Source: a bacterium BMS3Bbin03 (GTDB lineage Bacteria > Zhuqueibacterota > JdFR-76 > BMS3Abin05). From it: DNA of 64,000 bases. The notes beneath the pieces are model-generated. The model did no database searches. It saw only the letters and a list, made by a program, of their open reading frames with translations, and was not told the DNA's origin. The stretch is taken from positions 2,781 through 66,780 of the forward strand of contig BDTM01000128.1 of the NCBI GenBank assembly GCA_002898015.1. The letters run 5' to 3'. A program made the position numbers and the translations under genes. This document shows positions 10,647 to 19,316 of the stretch, piece after piece. How positions within the stretch are numbered: position 1 is the stretch's first letter; the number at the start of each line of letters is the position of its first letter.

Positions 10647-10675
10647 ATTATAACAATTTTATTAAAAATAGTCAA
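10647..10675 (-). promoter_or_regulatory. Near-consensus sigma70 promoter for the transducer/sigma/anti-sigma unit
   Basis: TTGACT-17nt-TATAAT on the minus strand. Confidence 0.75.
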
Positions 10676-10718
10676 GGGTTTTTAAACTCGATACTGAACT
10701 GTAATTCCAAAAAAAGTC

Positions 10719-10747
10719 TTGACTTTCTGAAAAAAATTTTGTATACT
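10719..10747 (+). promoter_or_regulatory. sigma70 promoter of the trp leader/trpB2
   Basis: TTGACT(10719)-17nt-TATACT(10742). Confidence 0.75.
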
Positions 10748-10776
10748 AAAAGCGTTTAAAATAAAAGAGAAATTTT

Positions 10777-10875
10777 ATGAAAAGAGTCACCGGACATAAG
10801 CTTGCTTTTCGGAACACCAGTTGGTGGTGGGGTTGGTATATTTATCAAACGGGAGCGGGTTTATGTTCTGTCTGA
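10777..10875 (+). CDS. trpL: Tryptophan attenuator leader peptide, 32 aa: MKRVTGHKLAFRNTSWWWGWYIYQTGAGLCSV
   Basis: Four TGG codons clustered at 10822-10836, between the promoter and a terminator directly upstream of trpB2. Confidence 0.85.
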   Translation: MKRVTGHKLAFRNTSWWWGWYIYQTGAGLCSV

Positions 10876-10902
10876 AATAATTTAAAAAATCTCGTAAAAA
10901 CG

Positions 10903-10933
10903 AAAAGCCCGCTTAAAAAAGCGGGCTTTTTTT
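10903..10933 (+). terminator. Attenuator terminator of the trpB2 leader
   Basis: AAAAGCCCGC-ttaaaaaa-GCGGGCTTTTTTT. AGCGGGTTT (10854-10862) can pair alternatively with AAGCCCGCT (10905-10913) as an antiterminator. Confidence 0.85.
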
Positions 10934-10966
10934 GTTTTTGGGCACTAACACAAAAAGGAGGTTCTT

Positions 10967-12328
10967 ATGAACGACGCAAAAATTTACTTAAGTGAATCGG
11001 AAATGCCGCAGCAGTGGTACAATATCCAGGCAGATTTACCGGAGCTGCCGGCGCCGGCCCTGAATCCGGCCACCAACAAACCCGCCGGACCCGATGACCT
11101 GGCGGCCATTTTCCCAATGGAACTCATAAAACAGGAAGTTTCTACCGAACGTTACATTCCGATTCCCGATGACTTGCTGGAAATTTATAAGCTCTGGAGG
11201 CCGACCCCGTTGGTACGCGCCTACCGGCTGGAAGAATTTTTGGAGACGCCGGCAAGGATCTATTTCAAAAATGAAAGCGTCAGTCCTGCGGGCAGCCACA
11301 AACCCAACACGGCCGTTGCGCAGGCCTATTTCAACATGAAAGAAGGCAATCATCGTCTGGCGACCGAAACCGGCGCCGGTCAGTGGGGAAGCGCCCTTTC
11401 GTTTGCGACCCGTTTATTCGACATGGAATGCACGGTGTATATGGTGAAAGTCAGTTTCCGGCAAAAGCCCTTTCGGAAATCGTTGATTCACCTCTGGGGT
11501 GCGGAGATTTACGCCAGCCCTTCCGAAAATACGGCGTTCGGACGAAAAGTCCTGGCCAAAGACCCCAATTCTCTGGGAAGTCTCGGTATTGCCATAAGCG
11601 AAGCCATCGAGGACACCGTCACCCATCCGGGCACGAAATACTCGCTGGGAAGCGTGCTCAACCATGTGCTGCTGCATCAGACGATTATTGGGCAGGAAGT
11701 GAAAAAACAATTTGAGATTATTGGTGATTACCCGGACACCGTGATCGGCTGTGTGGGCGGCGGCAGCAATTTTAGCGGGCTGGCCTTCCCGTTTCTGCAG
11801 GATAAAATCAGCGGCAAGAAAAAGGATCTGCAGGTTCTGGCCATTGAACCGGCTTCCTCGCCAAGCATGACCAAAGGCTATTACCGCTACGACTACGGCG
11901 ATTCGGCCGGAATGACCCCCCTCATGAAAATGCACACACTCGGACACAATTTCATGCCGCCTGGTATTCATGCCGGTGGATTGCGGTACCACGGCATGGC
12001 CCCTCTGGTCAGCCTGGTCTATAAGTTAGGGTTGATTGAAGCGCGTTCCTATCATCAGTTGGATACGTTCAAAGCGGGCATCGATTTTGCCCGTATCCAG
12101 GGAATTGTGCCGGCGCCGGAGACCGACCATGCGATTCTGGCGGCGATCGACGAAGCGCTGAAATGCAAAAAAACGGGCGAGGAGAAAGCCATCCTGTTCA
12201 ATTTTAGCGGGCACGGCCACTTCGATATGACGGCCTACGACGATTATCTGGCCGGCAAATTGGAAAATTATGCCTATCCGAAAAAATTGATTGAAGAAGC
12301 CATGAAAGACGTGCCTCAAATCGATTAA
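10967..12328 (+). CDS. trpB2: Tryptophan synthase beta chain type 2 (TrpB2)
   Basis: [18 protein letters not shown] (PLP Lys), [32 protein letters not shown]. Confidence 0.95.
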   Translation: MNDAKIYLSESEMPQQWYNIQADLPELPAPALNPATNKPAGPDDLAAIFPMELIKQEVSTERYIPIPDDLLEIYKLWRPTPLVRAYRLEEFLETPARIYFKNESVSPAGSHKPNTAVAQAYFNMKEGNHRLATETGAGQWGSALSFATRLFDMECTVYMVKVSFRQKPFRKSLIHLWGAEIYASPSENTAFGRKVLAKDPNSLGSLGIAISEAIEDTVTHPGTKYSLGSVLNHVLLHQTIIGQEVKKQFEIIGDYPDTVIGCVGGGSNFSGLAFPFLQDKISGKKKDLQVLAIEPASSPSMTKGYYRYDYGDSAGMTPLMKMHTLGHNFMPPGIHAGGLRYHGMAPLVSLVYKLGLIEARSYHQLDTFKAGIDFARIQGIVPAPETDHAILAAIDEALKCKKTGEEKAILFNFSGHGHFDMTAYDDYLAGKLENYAYPKKLIEEAMKDVPQID

Positions 12329-12335
12329 GAAGTGA

Positions 12336-12364
12336 AAGGCCGGCATCTCTGCCGGCTTTTTTTT
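12336..12364 (+). terminator. Intrinsic terminator after trpB2
   Basis: AAGGCCGGCA-tctc-TGCCGGCTTTTTTTT. Confidence 0.8.
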
Positions 12365-12528
12365 ACCTTCATTCCGGTTTAGTCTAAACAAGTTATTTTA
12401 ACGGGTGATCCATATTTTCAGATTAAGAGAAGATTTTACTTGATATTTGCCGCAGAATTGGATACCTTATTTATAATGTAAAAAATTTAATAATTAAGGC
12501 AGATTAAAAAAATATTTTAACAAATAGG

Positions 12529-13512
12529 GTGGATATGCACAATCTCATTATTGGAATCGATGGCGGAGGCACAAAAACCCACGCCGTTTTTGTCTCTCTA
12601 AACGGAAATGTTTTGAAACAGGCAACCGTAGGTGCTTCCAATTTTCAGCAGGCCGGAAAAGAGGGCATCAAGCGTGTTTGCAGGCAAATTTTAAAGGAAG
12701 CGGGAATTTCCGGTGAATCGATTCAGCGCTGGGTTTTGGGCCTTGCCGGGGCGGGCAGACCTTCCGACCGGCTTGCCGTGAAGGCGGCTGTGGAAGAACT
12801 TGGCTTTAAAAACAAAGTGACCGTTGAAAGTGACGGCCGCATTGCATTGACAGGTGCCTTTGTGGGCGCGGCCGGGATTATTTTAATTTCCGGAACAGGT
12901 TCGATTTGTTACGGCTTAAACACGGCCGGCCAAATGGCGCGTTCCGGCGGGTGGGGATATCTGCTTGGGGACGAAGGAAGCGGTTATTTCATCGGAAATC
13001 AGGCATTAATAGCGGCTTTAAAAGACCTGGACGGGCGGGGTGAAAAAACAAAGCTTCGCCAAAAATTTGAATCCCGTTTCAATGTCACAACCATTAATTT
13101 GCTTGTGCCCAAAATCTACAACGGCGATCTTCAAAAAGAAGATATCGCCGCACTTGCGCCGGCGGTGTTCGAAACGGCCAAAACGCATGACAGCGTGGCC
13201 GCAGAAATCCTGGCTTTTGCAGGCCGCGAATTGGGAAAAATGGCGGCGGCGGTCGCCAGGCAATTGGGGCTTGCGGGAAAGACCATTCAAATTGCGCCGA
13301 TCGGTTCTGTTCTTGAAAATCAAAAAGATATCTTAAAACCGCATATTGAGAAAGAAGTCCGCACCATTTCGGATCAGGTTGTGTTTCGGGATCCGCAATA
13401 TCCTCCGGCAATTGGTGCGGCGATTTTTGGCCTTAAACAAGAAAATATAGCCTTGACATTGGACATTCTGGAAAACATTTCGACTTCGTATGAATCCCTG
13501 CAAACCGTTTAA
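12529..13512 (+). CDS. BadF/BadG/BcrA/BcrD-type GlcNAc/MurNAc kinase (MurK-like)
   Basis: IGIDGGGTKT, GLAGAG, ISGTGS, GGWGYLLGDEGSGY. Confidence 0.85.
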   Translation: MDMHNLIIGIDGGGTKTHAVFVSLNGNVLKQATVGASNFQQAGKEGIKRVCRQILKEAGISGESIQRWVLGLAGAGRPSDRLAVKAAVEELGFKNKVTVESDGRIALTGAFVGAAGIILISGTGSICYGLNTAGQMARSGGWGYLLGDEGSGYFIGNQALIAALKDLDGRGEKTKLRQKFESRFNVTTINLLVPKIYNGDLQKEDIAALAPAVFETAKTHDSVAAEILAFAGRELGKMAAAVARQLGLAGKTIQIAPIGSVLENQKDILKPHIEKEVRTISDQVVFRDPQYPPAIGAAIFGLKQENIALTLDILENISTSYESLQTV

Positions 13513-14674
13513 CAAAAATACCGGACAAATTATCGGTCTCATGTCCGGAACGTCATTGGATGGATTGGATATTGCCCTCGTTGAAATTTCCGGAAATGGG
13601 CTTCAAACCGCCTTTACACTCAAAGCGTTCCGCACCAGTCCCTATTCTTCTCAAATTCAGCGGTTCATTTTGGATTGTGCGGCTCCGGCACGGGGCAGCA
13701 CCGCCTGTGTGAGTCAGTTGAATTTTTTTCTGGCAAACGTCTGGTCGGAAGCCGTTCTGGAGTTTTTGGAAAACAATCACCTGAAACCGGGTGCCGTCGA
13801 TTTTATCGGATCCCACGGCCAGACCGTTTACCATCAACCCGCTCCCTCAGATTTTGCCGGCCGTCCAACCGCTTCGACCCTTCAGGTGGGTGATCCTGCG
13901 GTCCTTGCCAAAAAAACGGGCATTCCTGTGGTCGGAAATTTTAGAGACGGCGACATGGCGCTCGGCGGAGAGGGCGCGCCGCTGGTGCCGTACGTCGATT
14001 ACCTTCTGCTGCGCAGTGAAGAAAAAAACCGTGCGATACTCAACTTAGGCGGCATTGCCAATGTCACCGTGATTCCGCGAAAAGCCCGGAAGGAAGAGGT
14101 CTTTGCTTTTGACACCGGCCCGGGAAATATGGTGATGGATGCACTCGCCAGAGACCGTTTCCACCGCCGGTATGACGAAAACGGAGCGATTGCCGGAAAA
14201 GGACGCGTGCATGAAACGCTCTTACGCCGGCTTTTGGAGGAACCTTATTTCAGGCAGCTTCCGCCCAAATCCACGGGGCGAAAGCTTTTTGGAGAAACAT
14301 TTGTTCAGAGGCTGCTCCGTCAGCAGGAAAAATTGAAAGTGCCTGATGAAGATTTAATGGCGACTGCTGCGCAACTCACGGTTTTGTCGATCGTTAACGC
14401 GGCGAAAGAGTGGATTGAACCCAAAGTTTCCATCGATGAATGGATTGTCAGCGGCGGCGGTGCACACAACCCCGTTCTGCTTAAAGGATTAGCACAGCAT
14501 TTGGAGCCGGCGCGTGTGCTGCTTTCGGAGGAATACGGCCTGCCGGTGGACGCAAAAGAAGCGATTGCATTCGCCGTTTTGGCCAACGAAATGATGAACC
14601 ATAATCCGGCAAATCTGCCGTCGGTTACCGGGGCAGAAAGGGAAACAATACTCGGGACATTGAGTTTTCCGTGA
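13490..14674 (+). CDS. anmK: Anhydro-N-acetylmuramic acid kinase
   Basis: GLMSGTSLDGLD, GSHGQTVYH, GGEGAPL, NLGGIAN, DTGPGN, PKSTGR, KEAIAFA. Confidence 0.95.
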   Translation: MNPCKPFNKNTGQIIGLMSGTSLDGLDIALVEISGNGLQTAFTLKAFRTSPYSSQIQRFILDCAAPARGSTACVSQLNFFLANVWSEAVLEFLENNHLKPGAVDFIGSHGQTVYHQPAPSDFAGRPTASTLQVGDPAVLAKKTGIPVVGNFRDGDMALGGEGAPLVPYVDYLLLRSEEKNRAILNLGGIANVTVIPRKARKEEVFAFDTGPGNMVMDALARDRFHRRYDENGAIAGKGRVHETLLRRLLEEPYFRQLPPKSTGRKLFGETFVQRLLRQQEKLKVPDEDLMATAAQLTVLSIVNAAKEWIEPKVSIDEWIVSGGGAHNPVLLKGLAQHLEPARVLLSEEYGLPVDAKEAIAFAVLANEMMNHNPANLPSVTGAERETILGTLSFP

Positions 14675-14726
14675 GGAAATCGTAACGAGAGAAATCTGTA
14701 ATGTCCGGTAAAAAAGGAGGGCGTTT

Positions 14727-15968
14727 ATGAGAATGGTTATTTTTGAAGATGAGAAGGTTGTGAATTTTGCGCCGCTCACGCTTTTGCGGCCGGTTTACGA
14801 CCTGCGTTTTGGAATCCTGACCCTGAAAGAAAAGCTTTTGAACCTACTGCCGTCCGATACATCCGTTATTCTGCATACACGCGCGTATTTAACAGATCTG
14901 GTTCACGAACAAAATCCGACACAAGCCGTAAATGTTCTGCCCGAAGAGCCGTGCCTCTTTATCAATGGCCGGGCATTGGCCACACGTGCGTGGGTAAATG
15001 ATATTTTACACCGGGAGCCGGCACGTTACGTGTCGAACGGTGAGCTGGTGGCGGCGTACGTCCCTGCAGATAAAATGAAGGCGCTTCAGCCAAAAATGGG
15101 CCGTCTTTTAACGGCAGGCGACTTTCCCGATTTGCCCGAAAAGACCGTTGATGCCGCCCTTTTCGCGTACAACTGGGAGCTTGTTTTACAGAACGGTGAT
15201 GAGATTACCCGTGAATTTCAGCTTTTCGGAAAAGGGGGGCGGATTCTGGGCAAGGTGTACGACGGGGTCACCATTCTTAACAAAGAGAATGTGTTTATCG
15301 ATGAAGGCGCTTTTGTGAAACCGGGCACCGTTCTGGACGGAGAAGAAGGGCCCATTTACATCGGAAAAGGCGCGAAAATATTGTCGAACGTCACGATTGA
15401 CGGCCCCACCTTTGTGGGCGATAAAAGCCTTGTTAAAACGGGCGCCTATGTGTACGATGGGGTTTCCATCGGTGAGGTCAGTAAGATCGGCGGTGAAGTG
15501 GAGGCATCGATTATCCACTCCTTTTCCAACAAGCAGCACGACGGCTTTTTGGGCCACGCCTACCTGGGACAATGGGTGAACCTGGGTTCGGACACCAACA
15601 ACAGCGATCTCAAAAACAATTACAGCAATGTCAAAGTCTGGGTGAATGGCAAATTTGTCGATTCCGGTTCTCTGTTTGTCGGATTGATGATGGGCGATCA
15701 CTCGAAAGCCGGGATTGACACCATGTTCAATACCGGAACAGTTGTGGGTGTGCTGACAAATGTGTTCGGCGCCGGATTTCCGCCCAAATTCATCCCGTCG
15801 TTTTCCTGGGGCGGTGCGGACGGATTGGTGGGGCATCAATTAGAAAAAGCGCTTGAAACAGCCAATAAAGTTATGAATCGCCGTCAGCAGCGCGTCACCC
15901 CGGCTCTGGAAAAGGCGGTTCGGGAGGTTTATCGATTAACCGAACCGGAAAGAACTGTCTTAAAATAA
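14727..15968 (+). CDS. GlmU-related putative sugar nucleotidyltransferase/acetyltransferase (NTP_transf_4 + hexapeptide repeats)
   Basis: PLTLLRPVYDLRFGILTL N-terminus; left-handed beta-helix; SNKQHDGFLGHAYLGQWVNLG, NNSDLKNNY. Confidence 0.8.
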   Translation: MRMVIFEDEKVVNFAPLTLLRPVYDLRFGILTLKEKLLNLLPSDTSVILHTRAYLTDLVHEQNPTQAVNVLPEEPCLFINGRALATRAWVNDILHREPARYVSNGELVAAYVPADKMKALQPKMGRLLTAGDFPDLPEKTVDAALFAYNWELVLQNGDEITREFQLFGKGGRILGKVYDGVTILNKENVFIDEGAFVKPGTVLDGEEGPIYIGKGAKILSNVTIDGPTFVGDKSLVKTGAYVYDGVSIGEVSKIGGEVEASIIHSFSNKQHDGFLGHAYLGQWVNLGSDTNNSDLKNNYSNVKVWVNGKFVDSGSLFVGLMMGDHSKAGIDTMFNTGTVVGVLTNVFGAGFPPKFIPSFSWGGADGLVGHQLEKALETANKVMNRRQQRVTPALEKAVREVYRLTEPERTVLK

Positions 15969-15999
15969 CTAAAACACCAAACCAAAGGAGAATGTCAAC

Positions 16000-16746
16000 A
16001 TGCTGGTCATTAAGAAAGAAACGTACGACGAAATGAGTGTGGAGGGCGCCAAAATTGTGGCCGCCCTGATTCGAAAAAAACCGAATGCCGTCATCGGTTT
16101 TGCAACCGGCAGTACACCCCTCGGATTGTACAAAGAACTCATTCGACTGCACAAAGAAGAAGGTCTTGATTTTTCAAAAATCACAACTTTTAATTTAGAT
16201 GAATATGTCGGGCTTCGCCCGGAACATCCGGAAAGTTACCATTATTTTATGTGGAATAATCTGTTCAAACACGTGAATGCCGATCCGAGACATATCCACA
16301 TTCCGATGGGAATGGCGGATGACATCGACCGGTTCTGTGAGTGGTACGAAGAACAAATCGAAGAGTACGGCGGGATCGATCTGCAGATTTTGGGAATCGG
16401 CGCAAACGGACACATCGCGTTTAATGAGCCCGGGTCATCGCTCGGGTCCCGAACCCGAATTAAAACATTGACGGAGGAAACACGAAAAGACAATGCCCGT
16501 TTCTTCAATAACAATATGGATGAAGTGCCCAAATACGCCATCACGATGGGCATCGGCACGATCATGGACGCCTGGGAGCTGTTGCTGCTGGCGAGCGGCT
16601 CCGGAAAAGCGGATGCCATTAAAATGACCGTAGAAGGCCCGATCACGGCCATGGTGCCGGCCACAATCGTTCAGATGCACCAGATAGCCACCATCATTGT
16701 GGACCGGGAAGCCGGTGCGAAATTAACAGGCATTTACACCGGTTAG
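16000..16746 (+). CDS. nagB: Glucosamine-6-phosphate deaminase
   Basis: ATGSTP, TFNLDEYVGL, LGIGANGHIAFNEPG, ITMGIGTI. Confidence 0.96.
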   Translation: MLVIKKETYDEMSVEGAKIVAALIRKKPNAVIGFATGSTPLGLYKELIRLHKEEGLDFSKITTFNLDEYVGLRPEHPESYHYFMWNNLFKHVNADPRHIHIPMGMADDIDRFCEWYEEQIEEYGGIDLQILGIGANGHIAFNEPGSSLGSRTRIKTLTEETRKDNARFFNNNMDEVPKYAITMGIGTIMDAWELLLLASGSGKADAIKMTVEGPITAMVPATIVQMHQIATIIVDREAGAKLTGIYTG

Positions 16747-16763
16747 TTTTTTATCGAGAGAAT

Positions 16764-16799
16764 AAAAAAAGCGAAGCGGGCAGCCTCTTCGCTTTTTTT
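16764..16799. terminator. Bidirectional terminator between convergent nagB and the DUF5658-like gene
   Basis: A7-GCGAAG ... CTTCGC-T7. Confidence 0.75.
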
Positions 16800-17277
16800 A
16801 AATAAGGCATGTCTGCCAAAAGAGCAATATTTCGTAAATCACCAGAATTGTGTATGCCCCGGCCATTCCGATAATCACATTTTTCAGGCTTATTTTGCCG
16901 TTGAGAAAATAAAAATTCTTGTGAATCAGCAAAAGGATGACGCTAAAAATCGTCAAAAAATATTTGATGAAAAAAAAGGGGTACGTCCCAAATTTGAGCG
17001 TGAGCCGCATGATCGGGTTTATTTCCACGGCGCCGTGCTGCAGAAGAACCAGCGTGAAGAACGAATCTGCCACACTTAACAGGACGATCCAGATGACGAT
17101 CAAAGAAGAACGCAGACTGTACCGGTCTACGTAGTAATTGGTTTGTCCATCCGATTGGCGCCGATTGACAACCCGCCTGCCGCACCAGAATCGAAGGTGA
17201 AATGGGTTCGTAGCTTTTTTCCGACGATCGGGAAGGATTCTTTTGGGCTGAGTATACTTACTACTCGATTCCGCCAT
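16798..17277 (-). CDS. DUF5658-like membrane protein
   Basis: Arg-rich N-terminus, YYVDRY, DSFFTLVLL, GAVEINPIM, FFFIKY. Confidence 0.7.
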   Translation of the reverse strand: MAESSSKYTQPKRILPDRRKKATNPFHLRFWCGRRVVNRRQSDGQTNYYVDRYSLRSSLIVIWIVLLSVADSFFTLVLLQHGAVEINPIMRLTLKFGTYPFFFIKYFLTIFSVILLLIHKNFYFLNGKISLKNVIIGMAGAYTILVIYEILLFWQTCLI

Positions 17278-17397
17278 TACTTTCCTTTTTTGAAATTTAA
17301 GATCAACAACCCGAATCCCGGGGGCAATCAGTCATCTGGGTACATAAAAAATTATCGGCAGAGACGGCATATTTATTAGGCCGGATTCTTTAAATTT

Positions 17398-18495
17398 TCA
17401 GCCCAGAATCCGGTAATTTTTAAATCCGAAAATGATCTCTTTAACAATGACGATTAATATGCTGGCTGCGGGCACGGCAATCAGCATTCCGAGAATGCCC
17501 ATGAGCTGCCCCCCGATCAAAATGACAACCACCACCAGGAGCGGATGGATTTCAACACTCCTGGCGACCACAATGGGAGAAATGAGTACGTTGTCGATTA
17601 ATTGAATAATCGTAAAAGCGACCGCAATCCAGATGACCGGCGTTAAAGAAGAATTCTGCGTTAGCGAGACGACAATTGCCGGAACAGCGCCCACAATCGG
17701 GCCAAAGTAAGGGATCATGTTCGCAAGTCCTGCAATGCTCCCGATGAAAAAGTAATAATTGATGTCGAGAATATACAGAGCGATAATGGACAACACCCCC
17801 ACCAGAAAGGCATCAATCATTTGGCCGCGAATATAATGTCCCAACTGGCGGTCGGTTTTGTGGATCAGGTTTAGGGACATCTCAAAATACCGGTTGGGTA
17901 CGGCTTTGATAAGCGCCTTTTTCATGGCCGGGCCGTCTTTTATCAAGAAAAACGTGATAAAGGGAATAATGGCCAGATCCGAAAGCGCCGAAAAAAGGGA
18001 GAGCGCCAGTTTAAAAAGGCCTTCCTGAAACTGCACAAGCGCCGTGCGTATTTTGTCTATAATGTTTTGCACCGTCTCCGGGCTGCCTAAAAAAGCAAGC
18101 TTTTCCCGGAGAAATGTGTCCCAGTTTGAGAAAACGCCTTTCATGCTTCCGTTTTGCAGATTTTTGCCGATGGCGTTCACCTGACCTGTCAGTTTGGGCA
18201 GCAGAATATAAACTCCCCATGCCACAAAAATGCCGAGGATCAAAAAAATCAATAATGTGGCAAGCGTCCGGCCCAAACCCTTCGTCTCTAAAAAGGTCAC
18301 CACCGGATCCAGCAAATAGGTCAGCAAAGCGGACAAAACAAACAAGATCATTAGTTCTCGAAAATGAACCACCATTTCAATAAGAGCCCAGATAACCGCA
18401 ACGGATAAAAGGGCCAGCAGCGCCACATGAGAAAATTTTTTAAGGTCTGTTTTTTCGATCCGGACGGAAAAGACCGGATTGCTGTCCAAAGCCAT
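17398..18495 (-). CDS. AI-2E family transporter (PerM-like)
   Basis: LTYLLDPVV, YIRGQ, IPYFGP, IHPL, GILGMLIAVP. Confidence 0.9.
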   Translation of the reverse strand: MALDSNPVFSVRIEKTDLKKFSHVALLALLSVAVIWALIEMVVHFRELMILFVLSALLTYLLDPVVTFLETKGLGRTLATLLIFLILGIFVAWGVYILLPKLTGQVNAIGKNLQNGSMKGVFSNWDTFLREKLAFLGSPETVQNIIDKIRTALVQFQEGLFKLALSLFSALSDLAIIPFITFFLIKDGPAMKKALIKAVPNRYFEMSLNLIHKTDRQLGHYIRGQMIDAFLVGVLSIIALYILDINYYFFIGSIAGLANMIPYFGPIVGAVPAIVVSLTQNSSLTPVIWIAVAFTIIQLIDNVLISPIVVARSVEIHPLLVVVVILIGGQLMGILGMLIAVPAASILIVIVKEIIFGFKNYRILG

Positions 18496-18498
18496 AAA

Positions 18499-19011
18499 TT
18501 AAGTATTCCCTTTTTGTCTGCATTCTTCCAGGGCATCATTTGTGAATTTCAGCCGTTCCCCAACCAATTGCGCCAATTTTGACAACATTTTTACGCCGAG
18601 TCCCGGCTTTCGTTCAAACAGCGAAAATAGATCGGGGCGAAAAATGCCGATCAGTTTGCTCGGCTCGAGCGCCACCACCGATGCCGAACGCGGTGTATCA
18701 TCCAATAGCGCGAGCTCGCCCAAAAAATCCCCTTCCGAAAGGGTGGCGAACACAATTTCAGGATTTTGAGGATCTTCACCGGCAAACACGGCGACTTTCC
18801 CTTTCTGAACGATGTACATCCCGACGCCGGGTTCACCCTTCCAGAACACAACTTCTCCCTGTTGATACGTGCGTTTGTGACAAATCCGGATGAACTCTTT
18901 TAGCTCGCGCCTTGAAAGACCCGTAAAGATCGGCACATTTGAAAGAATTTGATACAGATCTTCCGATTGATTTTTAGCCTCTTTAAAAATGTTACTCCAG
19001 ATCGGATGCAT
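18499..19011 (-). CDS. Stand-alone cyclic nucleotide-binding domain protein
   Basis: GEPGVGMYIVQKGKV, GDFLGELALL, PRSASVVA. Confidence 0.88.
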   Translation of the reverse strand: MHPIWSNIFKEAKNQSEDLYQILSNVPIFTGLSRRELKEFIRICHKRTYQQGEVVFWKGEPGVGMYIVQKGKVAVFAGEDPQNPEIVFATLSEGDFLGELALLDDTPRSASVVALEPSKLIGIFRPDLFSLFERKPGLGVKMLSKLAQLVGERLKFTNDALEECRQKGNT

Positions 19012-19189
19012 GGATTATTCCTGGGTTTTATTTAACGGTATTCAAATAATATCGCAAACTTCGTTCCACAAATATTCAGCCTTTTACGCGGGTGCGTGCT
19101 GTCAATCGATCAATCCCCTATTTCGATTTTTATCGGCAAAGGCGGAATAAATATAAAATTTTTTGCTCTTTAATTCAATAAAAAAATAC

Positions 19190-19236
19190 TTGATTTGTGA
19201 CCTGAACATTTGTATACTATAAGGGAACATACATTC
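19190..19236 (+). promoter_or_regulatory. sigma70 promoter of dinB-dnaE2 with two imperfect GAAC-N4-GTTC (SOS box-like) sites
   Basis: TTGATT(19190)-17-TATACT(19213); GAACatttGTAT at 19204-19215 and GAACatacATTC at 19225-19236. Confidence 0.55.
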
Positions 19237-19316
19237 ACTATTGCACAGGTCAGACAGCAAATGGCCGGTTGAGCAAATTACGCATAAAAAGGAACGTTTT
19301 TATCGAATCGCAGAAA

